64,000 nucleotides of DNA from an uncultured Spirochaetota bacterium (GTDB taxonomy: Bacteria; Spirochaetota; Brevinematia; Brevinematales; JAOACQ01): contig CAWAOD010000009.1 in the NCBI GenBank assembly GCA_963783575.1, forward strand, positions 64,001 through 128,000, read 5' to 3'. The notes beneath the pieces are model-generated. The model was not told the origin of the DNA, did not search any database, and saw nothing but the letters and a program-made list of their open reading frames with translations. Made by a program: the position numbers and the translations under genes. Each line of letters opens with the position of its first letter. The stretch's first letter is position 1. Of this stretch, positions 1 to 9,488 are shown in pieces.

Positions 1-4
1 CGAA

Positions 5-220
5 ATGTATGTCCAGGAGACCGGTATGGAAAAAGTCGAAGTACCGGCCGGGATTTTTGAATGCTGGAAACTGGAAATGGGCATAGGCGGCATCGCGGGA
101 ACTTTTGCCGCCGGTTATAGGTTTTATTTCTGGTATACAACGGATACTTCTCACAGGATGGTCAAGTATGAAGATAATAACGGCATTATAACAATGCTGA
201 AAAATGTAGATTCTAAATAA
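5..220 (+). CDS. C-terminal part of an exported DUF3108-like protein (probably starts before the window)
   Basis: Motif GMEKVEVPAGIFECWKL...YFWY...RMVKY resembles the E-x-(I/V)-x-VPAG-x-F signature; similar to 54186..55037. Confidence 0.5.
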   Translation: MYVQETGMEKVEVPAGIFECWKLEMGIGGIAGTFAAGYRFYFWYTTDTSHRMVKYEDNNGIITMLKNVDSK

Positions 221-231
221 GGAGATGTTTC

Positions 232-1761
232 ATGGAAAACGATTTTGATGTGGTTATAATCGGGGCCGGGATATCAGGCCTTTTTGCCGGCAACTTCCTT
301 GCGAAAAAAGGGGTTAAAACGTTAATATGCGAGCAACATATAACCCCAGGGGGCTATGTTTCCGGTTTTAAAAGGAATGGCTTTTATTTCGATGCGGGAA
401 CACAGAGTGTCTGCTCCTGTGGTATGCTTTTTCCGCTTTTGCGGGAGCTTAACCTCTTTGACAAGATTAAATTCAACCGGAGTTTCTTTAGGTTTGTTAC
501 TCCCGGTTCTGATGCAATCTTAAAATCATTTGATGACCTGCAAGCGGTCTTTGGAAAAGAGTTCCCAGGTTCTTCTCTTGAGTGGAAAGCTTTTGTGGAT
601 CAATTAAAAGAGGTAGCGGAGTCTGTAAAGCTTTTCATGGGTGAGCCGTCGTTTATGTTTATGAGCGGCAGGGAAAAAACCAGTTACATCCTATCATTGA
701 TGAAGGATAAGATCAATCGTGAGAGGTTGAAATCGTTGGGGAAATACACCAAAATCAGATATCCTGAATTCGTTTCAAAACACTTGAAAGATCCAAGTAT
801 GGTATCCATGTTTTCCAATAATTGTTATAAAAATGCATCGCTGAGCAGTTATGCATTCATGTGGGACTGTTACTTTAACTACTGTTGGTATCCAGAGACA
901 GGCATGCAGGAATTTTCAAACCTTCTGGCGGAAAATTTTATTAAAAATGGCGGTTCAATCCAATATCAGACTTTAATTGAGAAGATCATTGTTGAGAAAG
1001 GCAAGGCATGCGGCATAACTACTTCGAAAGGTAAAACTTACAACTCTGATTATGTGATCTCTGCGGGTGATTACCATAAACTGTTCCAGGAAATTCTCGG
1101 GGGCCATTATACCAAAGGCGGTCTTCGAAAGGAATTTGTTGAATCCAAATCAAATCAAAGTCTTTTTACTATGTTTCTGGGATTAAAAACAAGCGCTGAG
1201 AAGATCAATAAAATACTTAAGGCTGACCATGTTTACTTAACCCCGGATTACAAAATAGACCTATCACCGGATGATCTATCATCAGATGATCCGGATTATT
1301 TCAATAAAACTGGATTGGAAATATCTTCGCCGACATGGCATAACCCGGGATTGAATAAAGATGGAAAGGCGTCACTGGTTTTACAAACATTCGCCCCTTA
1401 CAGCTGGATGAATAAATGGGGAACAGGCGATAACCCGGCCGGGAAGGACGAATACAGAAGGCTTAAAAATGTTGCGGGAGAAGGCATGCTTTCTGTTGTT
1501 GAGAAGTTCATCCCTGGCATCAGAGATGAAATACAGGTGATGGAAACTGCCTCTCCCATTACGATGGAACGTTATACGATGAACAGCTGGGGTTCAAGCA
1601 TCGGCTGGACCTGGGATCCAAAATTGATGCCGAAAATTAAAAATCCTTCAATACATACCCCTGTAAAGAATCTCTTTACTATAGGCCACTGGACTATGAT
1701 TCCGACAGGGGTCTCGGGAGCAGCGGCAAGCGGGAAACTTGTTTCCAATCTTATAAAATAA
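232..1761 (+). CDS. FAD-dependent oxidoreductase, phytoene desaturase (CrtI-like) family
   Basis: N-terminal GAGISG Rossmann motif, PGGY..FKRNGFYFDAG, ASPITMERYT, KNLFTIGHW..GV; RBS AGGAGA. Confidence 0.85.
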   Translation: MENDFDVVIIGAGISGLFAGNFLAKKGVKTLICEQHITPGGYVSGFKRNGFYFDAGTQSVCSCGMLFPLLRELNLFDKIKFNRSFFRFVTPGSDAILKSFDDLQAVFGKEFPGSSLEWKAFVDQLKEVAESVKLFMGEPSFMFMSGREKTSYILSLMKDKINRERLKSLGKYTKIRYPEFVSKHLKDPSMVSMFSNNCYKNASLSSYAFMWDCYFNYCWYPETGMQEFSNLLAENFIKNGGSIQYQTLIEKIIVEKGKACGITTSKGKTYNSDYVISAGDYHKLFQEILGGHYTKGGLRKEFVESKSNQSLFTMFLGLKTSAEKINKILKADHVYLTPDYKIDLSPDDLSSDDPDYFNKTGLEISSPTWHNPGLNKDGKASLVLQTFAPYSWMNKWGTGDNPAGKDEYRRLKNVAGEGMLSVVEKFIPGIRDEIQVMETASPITMERYTMNSWGSSIGWTWDPKLMPKIKNPSIHTPVKNLFTIGHWTMIPTGVSGAAASGKLVSNLIK

Positions 1762-1784
1762 ATTTTTTGAGGAAGGTATATTAT

Positions 1785-2444
1785 ATGAGAAGTATATTAA
1801 AATGTGCAGCAGGTTTTGTGGTTTTAATGAGTATGATCCAATTTCATTCACTATCCTATTCAAATGATCTTTTATTTAAAGTAACTACAGGGTCGAAAAT
1901 TGAATATTCAGTCACTTGGAATATAATGACAAATGACCAGTTAATAATCTATTCGACTAACACTCTCAAAGTGATTAATATAGTCACCTGCGGACAGGAT
2001 TATAAAACCGTGAGCTGGAATTATAAGGAAAACAATGCGGATGTCACAGGTACGCGTGATGGTAATTTAATCATCATCTCGGGACAGTATAAGAATAATT
2101 TAGTCTGCATGACTAATAAAATTGATGACAGCCCATGGTATGAATCTATAGAAAGTTCCCTATCAATTTTTGCCTTGGGAAAGTTAGCATCAATAGAATT
2201 CTGGCTTGTTAGATCGGGAAAATTTCAGGCTTATAAGATGGTTGCTTACAGGAAGAATATTGAAGCCATAAAAGTCAATGGAAATTCTGTGGAAGCACAG
2301 AAAGTGACGGTCACCTTGCCCGGCATATTATCGATATTTTGGAAGGTTGATTACTGGTTCCGTGTTTCAGACGGTCAATATGTCAGATTTGAAGGCAAAA
2401 GGGAGGGCGGGGATACAGTGGTTGAATTGAATGATTTAAAGTAA
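1785..2444 (+). CDS. Exported hypothetical protein (DUF3108-like C-terminus)
   Basis: Signal-peptide-like N-terminus from ATG 1785; NIEAIKVNGNSVEAQKV...DYWFR..DGQYVRFEG. Confidence 0.55.
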   Translation: MRSILKCAAGFVVLMSMIQFHSLSYSNDLLFKVTTGSKIEYSVTWNIMTNDQLIIYSTNTLKVINIVTCGQDYKTVSWNYKENNADVTGTRDGNLIIISGQYKNNLVCMTNKIDDSPWYESIESSLSIFALGKLASIEFWLVRSGKFQAYKMVAYRKNIEAIKVNGNSVEAQKVTVTLPGILSIFWKVDYWFRVSDGQYVRFEGKREGGDTVVELNDLK

Positions 2445-2526
2445 ACAGCTATAAGGGTAATTTTCAACACATTCGGCTTACTTGCGGGAAAGGTTTCACC
2501 GTAAGTTCGGTTGTGAAGGAGGAACT

Positions 2527-3585
2527 ATGATAAAAATCTGGATCATCGTTTCATGTATGATCATACTGCAGACATCAATTGCAGTCTGCCAGTGTATTTC
2601 CGGGGACTGCAGTAACGGTCAGGGTACGCAAATAAGCACGGATGGGTTCACTGAAAATCAACATAAATCTTAAAATGTTTAATAAACAGTATTTTATTGG
2701 TGTCATATCCTATTTTATAACAATGAGTTATTAATACAATTATAAAAGGTTGATTATAGTTTTCAAATTTTAACTTATTTTTCAGTGAACCCACAGACGG
2801 GAAATATACAGGGAATTTTTTTAACGGTTTAAGGGATGGTGACGGTATTTACCAGTATACCAACGGCAATAAATATACCGGGCAATGGCAAAAGGGCTAT
2901 AAGCTGGGGCTTGGGATTTATAAATGGGGATATAACGGAGCCAGAATGTTAGGAGAGTGGTCTTCCGGCCAGTTGAACGGCTGGGGAGTTTACATAACAT
3001 CGAACGAAAGCGTGACATATTCCGGAGCATGGTCCAATGGAATTAATTCAGGCAGTTTCGGAACCTATCCCGGTACAGGGAAAATCCTTGGTAACTGTAT
3101 CAACGGATTCGGCGTTTTCATTTTTGACAATGGAAACAGCTATACGGGTGATTGGCGTGAAGGAAAGCTGGAAGGAAAAGGATTATTTGTATTTAAAGAT
3201 ACGGGTGATGTTTATGTTGGGGAATTCCATAACGGTTTGAGAAACGGCCGCGGAACATATTTCAGAGGAAACAGCAGTATTTTATTTTCCGGTGAATGGA
3301 CAAATGACAGGAAGGCCGCAGTAAGAGCCCGAAGATAATAATACAGTGAAATCATCCGGCATGGATTACAGGATGGCATAGGCCAGGGCCCGGAGTTACA
3401 ACTATAACGGCGATGGAATTATTTCCAATAGAGAGCTTGACAGGACTCCGGAGGCTAAGAGAATTCTGGACAGAAATTTTGACGGCCATATATCAGTTTA
3501 CGAACTTGCCGACGGTTTTCAAAAAGGAACTGTAAAAGTACGTAATAATAAGTTAATGGCCGCATATGAGGATAGTTATAAGTAA
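2527..3585 (+). pseudogene. Secreted MORN-repeat protein with C-terminal EF-hand pair, disrupted
   Basis: Signal peptide + CISGDCSNGQG; MORN repeats (YTGQWQKG, YVGEFHNGLRNGRG) are in frame once 2644-2792 is removed; frameshift near 3320; in-frame TAG 3379-3381; then NYNGDGIISNRE and DRNFDGHISVYE, stop 3583-3585. Confidence 0.75.
2644..2792. mobile_element. 149-bp non-autonomous MITE
   Basis: Perfect 14-bp terminal inverted repeats GGGTTCACTGAAAA / TTTTCAGTGAACCC, AT-rich non-coding interior, flanks ACGGAT/ACAGAC (degenerate 6-bp duplication); removal restores the host reading frame. Confidence 0.85.
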
Positions 3586-3615
3586 CGGGATCATATATTA
3601 TTCTGGAGGCAGATT

Positions 3616-4488
3616 ATGTCAGAAGGACCGAATTACAAAGCCGAACTGATCGGGGTTTTCGGCCATCCTGTTTCTGAAAATCCGACTGTAGTTATGCACG
3701 AAGCCGGATTTAAAGCCCTGAACCTGAACTGGAGGTATTTGACAATTGAGGTATATCCTGAGGACCTGGAAAACGCGATGAAGGGCTTGCGCGCCTTTAA
3801 TATGAAAGGGATTAATTTAACTATTCCCCATAAGGTTGAAGTCTTAAAATATCTCGATGAAGTTAAACCGGATGCCGCATTAATGGGCGCGGTTAATACC
3901 GTTATCCGCACAGGAGATAAATTGATCGGTGAGAATACCGACGGTAAAGGCTTTATGCGGTCATTAACCATAGACGCAAATGTTGACCCAAAAGGGAAAA
4001 AAGTGGTTGTACTTGGCGCCGGCGGAGCAGCCAGGTCTATTACCGTTGAGCTTGCGCTTGCAGGAGTGGAAAGCATAACTATAGTTAACCGTACCATTGA
4101 AAGAGGCCGGGTCCTGTCGGAATTGCTTTCGTCAAAAACCCCGGTAAAATCGGAATTTGTGGAATGGAAAAGCGGCTTTTCTGTTCCAGTAAGCACGGAT
4201 ATCCTTGTTAACGCGACTTCCATAGGGCTTTTCCCGAATATCAACGATAAACCGGATATCAATTACGGCTCCATTAAATCCGGCATGGTAGTCTGCGACG
4301 TTATTCATACTCCGATAACTCCATTTTTAAATGAGGCCAGGATTAGAGGGGCAAAGATTGTTGACGGGCTTGGAATGCTGGTATACCAGGGCGCTATTGG
4401 TTTCAAACTCTGGACCGGCCTGGACGCACCTGTGAAAGAAATGCATCTTGCCTTATCAAAAGCTTTTGGATTAGTTGAAGGAGATTAA
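3616..4488 (+). CDS. aroE: Shikimate dehydrogenase-family (AroE-like) oxidoreductase
   Basis: NLTIPHK, GAVNT, ENTDG, GAGGAA, NATS, GLGMLVYQG motifs; the SxS substrate motif is altered. Confidence 0.8.
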   Translation: MSEGPNYKAELIGVFGHPVSENPTVVMHEAGFKALNLNWRYLTIEVYPEDLENAMKGLRAFNMKGINLTIPHKVEVLKYLDEVKPDAALMGAVNTVIRTGDKLIGENTDGKGFMRSLTIDANVDPKGKKVVVLGAGGAARSITVELALAGVESITIVNRTIERGRVLSELLSSKTPVKSEFVEWKSGFSVPVSTDILVNATSIGLFPNINDKPDINYGSIKSGMVVCDVIHTPITPFLNEARIRGAKIVDGLGMLVYQGAIGFKLWTGLDAPVKEMHLALSKAFGLVEGD

Positions 4489-4491
4489 TGT

Positions 4492-4890
4492 ATGAGAAAA
4501 AACGGGATATTAAATGAGAGTATTTTAAGGCTGATCGGTTCGCTCGGGCATACGGACCGTTTTGTGGTATGCGACGCCGGCTTGCCCATCGATAAAAATG
4601 TGGAGCGGATAGACCTTGCCGTAACCAAAGGAGTTGTCAGGTTTATGGAAGTCTTAAAACCGCTCATGGAAGAAATTGTTGTTGAGAAAATCATCCTTGC
4701 GGAAGAAATTGTAAAGAGAAGCCCTGATATGTACCGGCAGATTCGGGAGCTGGCAGGGAGTATCCCTATAGAAATGGTAAGCCATGAGGAGTTTAAAAAA
4801 CTGAGCAAAGAAACAAAAGCGGTTATTCGGACAGGCGAAATTACTCCCTACGCGAATGTGATCCTTCAGTCCGGCGTAAACTTTTCATAA
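4492..4890 (+). CDS. rbsD: D-ribose pyranase
   Basis: LGHTD..VCDAGLP, IDLA, SHEEFK, IRTGE.TPYAN.IL.SGV. Confidence 0.92.
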   Translation: MRKNGILNESILRLIGSLGHTDRFVVCDAGLPIDKNVERIDLAVTKGVVRFMEVLKPLMEEIVVEKIILAEEIVKRSPDMYRQIRELAGSIPIEMVSHEEFKKLSKETKAVIRTGEITPYANVILQSGVNFS

Positions 4891-4903
4891 TAGGTGATTG
4901 AGT

Positions 4904-5788
4904 ATGAAAGTTCTGAATTTCGGCTCGCTGAATATTGACCAGGTTTACGGTGTCGATCATATTGTAAGGGAAGGTGAAACCATTGATTCCTATGATTACC
5001 GCCAGTTCTGCGGTGGAAAAGGCCTGAACCAATCCGTCGCCCTGGCCCAGGCCGGCGCGGAAGTTTACCATGCCGGCAAAATCGGAAGAGATGGGATTTT
5101 TCTGATCGAGCGATTGAAGAAAGCATCGGCGGATACCTCGCTTATAGAGATCAGCGATAGCGAACCGACCGGACAGGCTATAATTCAGGTCGATCTTTCA
5201 GGCCAGAATTCAATCATACTTCTGGGCGGCGCTAATCAAAGTATTGCCGAAGAACAGGTGGAAAAAACAATAGGGCATTTTTCATCAGGCGACTGCATAC
5301 TTCTTCAGAACGAAGTGAGTTCCATTCCCGTTATGATGAGAAACGCGAAGAAAAGAGGCATGACAATCTTCTTTAATCCGGCGCCGATGAATAACAGGGT
5401 TTTAAGTTACCCCCTGGATCTGGTAGATTATTTTATTATAAATGAGGTTGAAGGCTCTGAATTAACAAAAGAGAATGAACCGAATAAAATTATTCAGGCA
5501 ATGCGGAGAGAATACCCGAATGCCCTTATAATTTTGACTCTGGGAGAACAGGGGTCGATTTATGACGACCGGCACATTACCACTTGTATCCCGGCAGTTC
5601 CCATAGTTCCAGTTGATACTACAGCGGCCGGAGATACATTTATCGGATATCTTATTACAGGAATTATAAAAGGCGATACTTTTAAGAAAAGTATGGAAAC
5701 CGCCTCGAAAGCGGCATCAATTTGTGTAACCAGAAAAGGAGCGGCTGATTCGATACCGGAAAGAACTGAGGTTTTTAATAGCTTATAA
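4904..5788 (+). CDS. rbsK: Ribokinase (PfkB family)
   Basis: GSLNID, GGKGLNQ, NPAP, NEVE, TLGEQG, DTTAAGDTF; directly follows rbsD. Confidence 0.9.
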   Translation: MKVLNFGSLNIDQVYGVDHIVREGETIDSYDYRQFCGGKGLNQSVALAQAGAEVYHAGKIGRDGIFLIERLKKASADTSLIEISDSEPTGQAIIQVDLSGQNSIILLGGANQSIAEEQVEKTIGHFSSGDCILLQNEVSSIPVMMRNAKKRGMTIFFNPAPMNNRVLSYPLDLVDYFIINEVEGSELTKENEPNKIIQAMRREYPNALIILTLGEQGSIYDDRHITTCIPAVPIVPVDTTAAGDTFIGYLITGIIKGDTFKKSMETASKAASICVTRKGAADSIPERTEVFNSL

Positions 5789-5998
5789 TTTGGATTTTAT
5801 TGATTTATTAAACAATATTAATTATATTTTTCATCATACAATAAAATTATGTCTGAATTAATAAATATTTTGCAACTTTTAAGATTATATGTAACTTAGT
5901 ACATTGATTGAAGAAAAGAAAAATTTTATTTCATGAGTTTTCGCAGAATACATTATCCCGGAAGCATTTTAAATTCCGGTTTAAGAAAGAGGTGAAAA

Positions 5999-7378
5999 AT
6001 GAAAAAGTTAATATCATTGATTCTTCCTGTAATTTTAATTCTTGTTATATCGCATAATCCGCTCATTTCCCAGGATAATAATAAAAATAAAACAACTGCA
6101 CCGGCTAAAACTTCAAAACAGGTAAACAGCCAGGTAAAACAAATTAACCCCGCGCATCAACAGATGATAATTAATATGAACCGCCCTTCGAGCGGCGAGC
6201 ATAACCGGAATTATCCATCACAGCAGCATCCAGCTCTGCTGAAAATAAACAATATGCCCGCTTATGGTAAACTTCAATTGACGCCTGAAAACCAGGTCAA
6301 ACAACATATTCGGAATAACCCCCAGCCGCAGGTAAACAATAAACCCGCTATCGGTAAGCCTCAATTGATGCCTGAAAATCAGGCAAAACAGCAGATTCGG
6401 AATAACCCCCAGCCACAGCCTGTAAGCAAACCCTTTCATTCAAAGAACGATCAGAGTGAAGTAAAAACTGACAATAAATTAAACCAGCAGCAGAATGTCA
6501 ATACCGCCAGTGTAAAACACCATCATGCTTTCGAACCGAATTATATAAGAAAGAAATTAAAAAAAATCGGTGTGGTATCTGAACCCGGTTATATTGTTAA
6601 CAGGGAAGAGGTAATTAATACCGACAGGGCACATTCCATAATTGCCTTTCCAAAAGAAGGTTTTGATAAGCGCCCTCTAAACGCTGCTGCGTTTTCTGCC
6701 AGACGTTTCAATGATACCATGATCCGGTCACATATGTCGCTGATTGACGGCATCGATTGGCAGGACAGGATCCACGGTTTCAATCAGACCGAAACCCGAC
6801 CCAACTTTTATTACTGGCATAAAGAAAATAATTTTAACTATTGCCATTTCATCGATAATTCGGGTTATCACTGGTATGGTTGGTATGTGGAAAATAATTA
6901 TTTCTGGACACGCTATTTTAACAACCGCTGGTGGTGGTATGACGTGGACTATGACCGCTGGTGTTTCTGGAATGACGGCTTCTGGTGGTGGCAGGATCCC
7001 TATCACATGGGAGACCTTTACTGTTACAATGACTCCGATTATATACCATGCAACTCGGCAGACGATAATGTCGCTGTTACAGTACCTGATAATAACAATA
7101 TTCGAACATTCGCAAGTCCTGATAATTCTCGTATAGTTAAAGTGGTAGCCGATACAGAGGACGCTTTTCTCTACGATACTTCAAATCCGCCGGCATTTAA
7201 GCCTTTTTACCTGGCATCCGGAGTTCAGGATGTAATGTTTTCAGATCCAAGGAATGGAAAGCCACTTGAGATTATCTTAAAACTCAGTGACCTTTCTTTT
7301 GATATATTTGACAGCAATGGCAACCCCTATAGTCCTGTACCTGCCGAAGACAGCCAGTCCAATGAAACTATTCAGTAG
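5999..7378 (+). CDS. Secreted hypothetical protein with Q/N/P-rich repeats and a Trp/Tyr-rich domain
   Basis: Signal peptide, RBS GAGGTG, 459-aa ORF. Confidence 0.7.
   Translation: MKKLISLILPVILILVISHNPLISQDNNKNKTTAPAKTSKQVNSQVKQINPAHQQMIINMNRPSSGEHNRNYPSQQHPALLKINNMPAYGKLQLTPENQVKQHIRNNPQPQVNNKPAIGKPQLMPENQAKQQIRNNPQPQPVSKPFHSKNDQSEVKTDNKLNQQQNVNTASVKHHHAFEPNYIRKKLKKIGVVSEPGYIVNREEVINTDRAHSIIAFPKEGFDKRPLNAAAFSARRFNDTMIRSHMSLIDGIDWQDRIHGFNQTETRPNFYYWHKENNFNYCHFIDNSGYHWYGWYVENNYFWTRYFNNRWWWYDVDYDRWCFWNDGFWWWQDPYHMGDLYCYNDSDYIPCNSADDNVAVTVPDNNNIRTFASPDNSRIVKVVADTEDAFLYDTSNPPAFKPFYLASGVQDVMFSDPRNGKPLEIILKLSDLSFDIFDSNGNPYSPVPAEDSQSNETIQ
6246..6419 (+). repeat. Two-copy 87-bp (29-aa) in-frame tandem repeat
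   Basis: NNMPAYGKLQLTPENQVKQHIRNNPQPQV / NNKPAIGKPQLMPENQAKQQIRNNPQPQP. Confidence 0.85.
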
Positions 7379-7507
7379 AATAACCGTATCAATTGAAATC
7401 AATACAGCAGAAATCGCTATAATATAAATAACACCGGAAAATTTCCAGGTGTTATTTATTATTTTATCTATGAATATTTGATTTTTAAATCTATGCCCAT
7501 ATTGTCT

Positions 7508-7536
7508 TTGCTTTTTTTATTGACATTACTTATAAT
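7508..7536 (+). promoter_or_regulatory. Putative sigma-70 promoter of the nitroreductase gene
   Basis: TTGCTT-17 bp-TATAAT. Confidence 0.45.
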
Positions 7537-7587
7537 TTTTAGTTAATTTTTCCGGGTTTCCAATAAATGAATTTAAAAACCTAATAA

Positions 7588-8999
7588 ATGGAGTTTAATA
7601 TGGATGAAAAAAAAACACCAACCCTTCCAATATCGGATTTAGAAAAGATTAATTTCTTTTGCAGCGTCAGCTTAAAGGACAGGCCCCCGATAAGCCCTGT
7701 CCCATCGGAAACCAGGGAGCTAGCAAAAAGATCAATCCGGGATTTTCATAAAAATATTGAAAAAGCCAGGATTAAAGCTAAAGAAACTCAAGAACCGGTT
7801 GAGATTGACGGTTCCAGATTATCGGGGGTCAAATCGGGCGATTTTTGGGTCGTTGATAAGGAAGGAAATTTAACAAGAAAATTTGAAAAGAATGAAGGGC
7901 TTCTCGAAGGAATCCTGCAAAGAAGGACGGAAAGGGTTGCCGATTCTGATAAAGATATCGAGTCGAAACTCTCATACACATTCTTTCATACGCCCAATGG
8001 GCGCCGAATGCGACAAACGAACAGCCTAACAGAATTATGATTTATAAGAAAGATCACCCATCAATGGAAAAGATTGGGACTTTGATGCATAATGCCCTGG
8101 AAAAAAAGATGATCCCAAAAATTAATATCAAGAATTGCATAATAACAAAAAAGACCGAAAACCCCGATTTCCTTCCAGACCTGTCGCTTCAGGATCTTAT
8201 TGATATGGACGAAAAAATGTTTAATGATTATAAGTTTGAAGAAATGCCCGCTCCCTTGAATGAATTACCGCAGACAACCGCAAAATTGCTTGAAAGAGAC
8301 AAAATAATAATCGAAAACGGGAAATATTATGTTAAAAATAACCAGAATAAAAAAGAAAGGGAATACACTTTAAAAGATTTACTTCAAAATGATAAGGTTT
8401 TTACGGCCGGTATGGGGAAGTTTTTCCTGAAATTTAAAAATACTCACCCTTATTTAATTGTTGTGTTCAGGAAATGGCATTACACATCTCTTATGACGGA
8501 AACTCTTTATAAATATGGAATAAAACTTCCCGATGTGGGCGAAGAATTTATCGATGCAGGATTTTACACGGATCATCTGGCGCTTGCGACAAGAGGTTTC
8601 GGCCTCTCGGGAGTCGTAAAAACAGGCCCTATGGATCTGGCTAAAGACGATCTGACTGAGTTATTTATTGAAGATTTGCACAGCCAGCTAGAATCCCTTC
8701 AAGATTTACTCAAGCACAAAGAAGATATGGTTGATGATAGAATCAATTTAATAACAAAAGAAATTAAAAAAACCGAGCTTTTGTATAAGGGCCTCAAATT
8801 CGGTCTTGAAGCGATGCGGTGCGGGGAAGAAAAAACTCCCATGCGCGAACAACTGCTTGTAGCATTAAAAAGAGGCGAGGTTTATGTCCCGGCAACCTTT
8901 TTTCAGCTCGGTTACCCGCTTTCAAAACCGGATGAAAGAATAATGGATCCCCGGCAGGGAAAAGACCCCCTCGATGAAATGCTGGTTTATTTAGGATAA
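7588..8999 (+). CDS. Large nitroreductase-family flavoprotein (frameshift near 7963 splits it into two ORFs)
   Basis: ILQRRTER then, in the shifted frame, ETLIHILSYAQWAPNATNEQP (APSxxNxQP-like); HLALATRGFGLSG and FQLGYP at the C-terminus. Confidence 0.7.
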
Positions 9000-9071
9000 A
9001 ATCCCAAAAAAGGGGGGGGGCAATTGGACAGATGATTTCAGCGTCATAAATAAATTATAGGAGAAAAAATT

Positions 9072-9350
9072 ATGTATCTGGAAAAAGAAGCTGACAGGCT
9101 GTATCAAAATTTTACAGAAAATATTTATAACTCACCCAGCCTGGAGAATAAAGTAAAAGAGATGATCGCGGTGGCCTGTTCTGTAATGGCTGATTGTGTG
9201 CCCTGCATTGAACATCACTGTAAAAAGGCTGTTGAGGCCGACGCGACAAAAGAAGAAATTCATGAGGCTCTGGCTATAGCAATGACAATTGCCGCAGGAA
9301 GCAAGAAGGGAAAGTATTCGTCATTGATAAGTGAAATATTGAAAGATTAG
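9072..9350 (+). CDS. Carboxymuconolactone decarboxylase/AhpD-family protein
   Basis: KEMIAVACS..ADCVPCIEHH...GA/ATKEEI.EAL with CxxC. Confidence 0.85.
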   Translation: MYLEKEADRLYQNFTENIYNSPSLENKVKEMIAVACSVMADCVPCIEHHCKKAVEADATKEEIHEALAIAMTIAAGSKKGKYSSLISEILKD

Positions 9351-9488
9351 AGGATTATCTGAGAAGCATGGCAAATTTAGCTTTATTTGAAAAATGTATT
9401 AAATAGAAATCTTCAAAATGTTTGATAATAGTTTTGCCATCTTTCTCATAAAATTGTAATATAACTTTTTTTATTTTATGCTAATATT

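Noticed and set aside
3379..3381. In-frame TAG as pyrrolysine or recoded stop
   Set aside because: The gene is already broken by a MITE and a frameshift; TAG is used as a normal stop elsewhere; no pyl genes seen
3633..4262. Long antisense ORFs (e.g. 3633..4262, 28592..29218, 40058..40666, 61775..62164)
   Set aside because: Shadows of well-supported genes on the opposite strand, with no motifs or RBS
7588..8999. Nitroreductase as BluB (DMB synthase) for the cobamide pathway
   Set aside because: Far larger than BluB, lacks its APSVG..QPW-type signature and is unlinked to the cob operon
9012..9020. G9 homopolymer as a phase-variation tract
   Set aside because: Intergenic, not within an ORF or a recognisable promoter spacer
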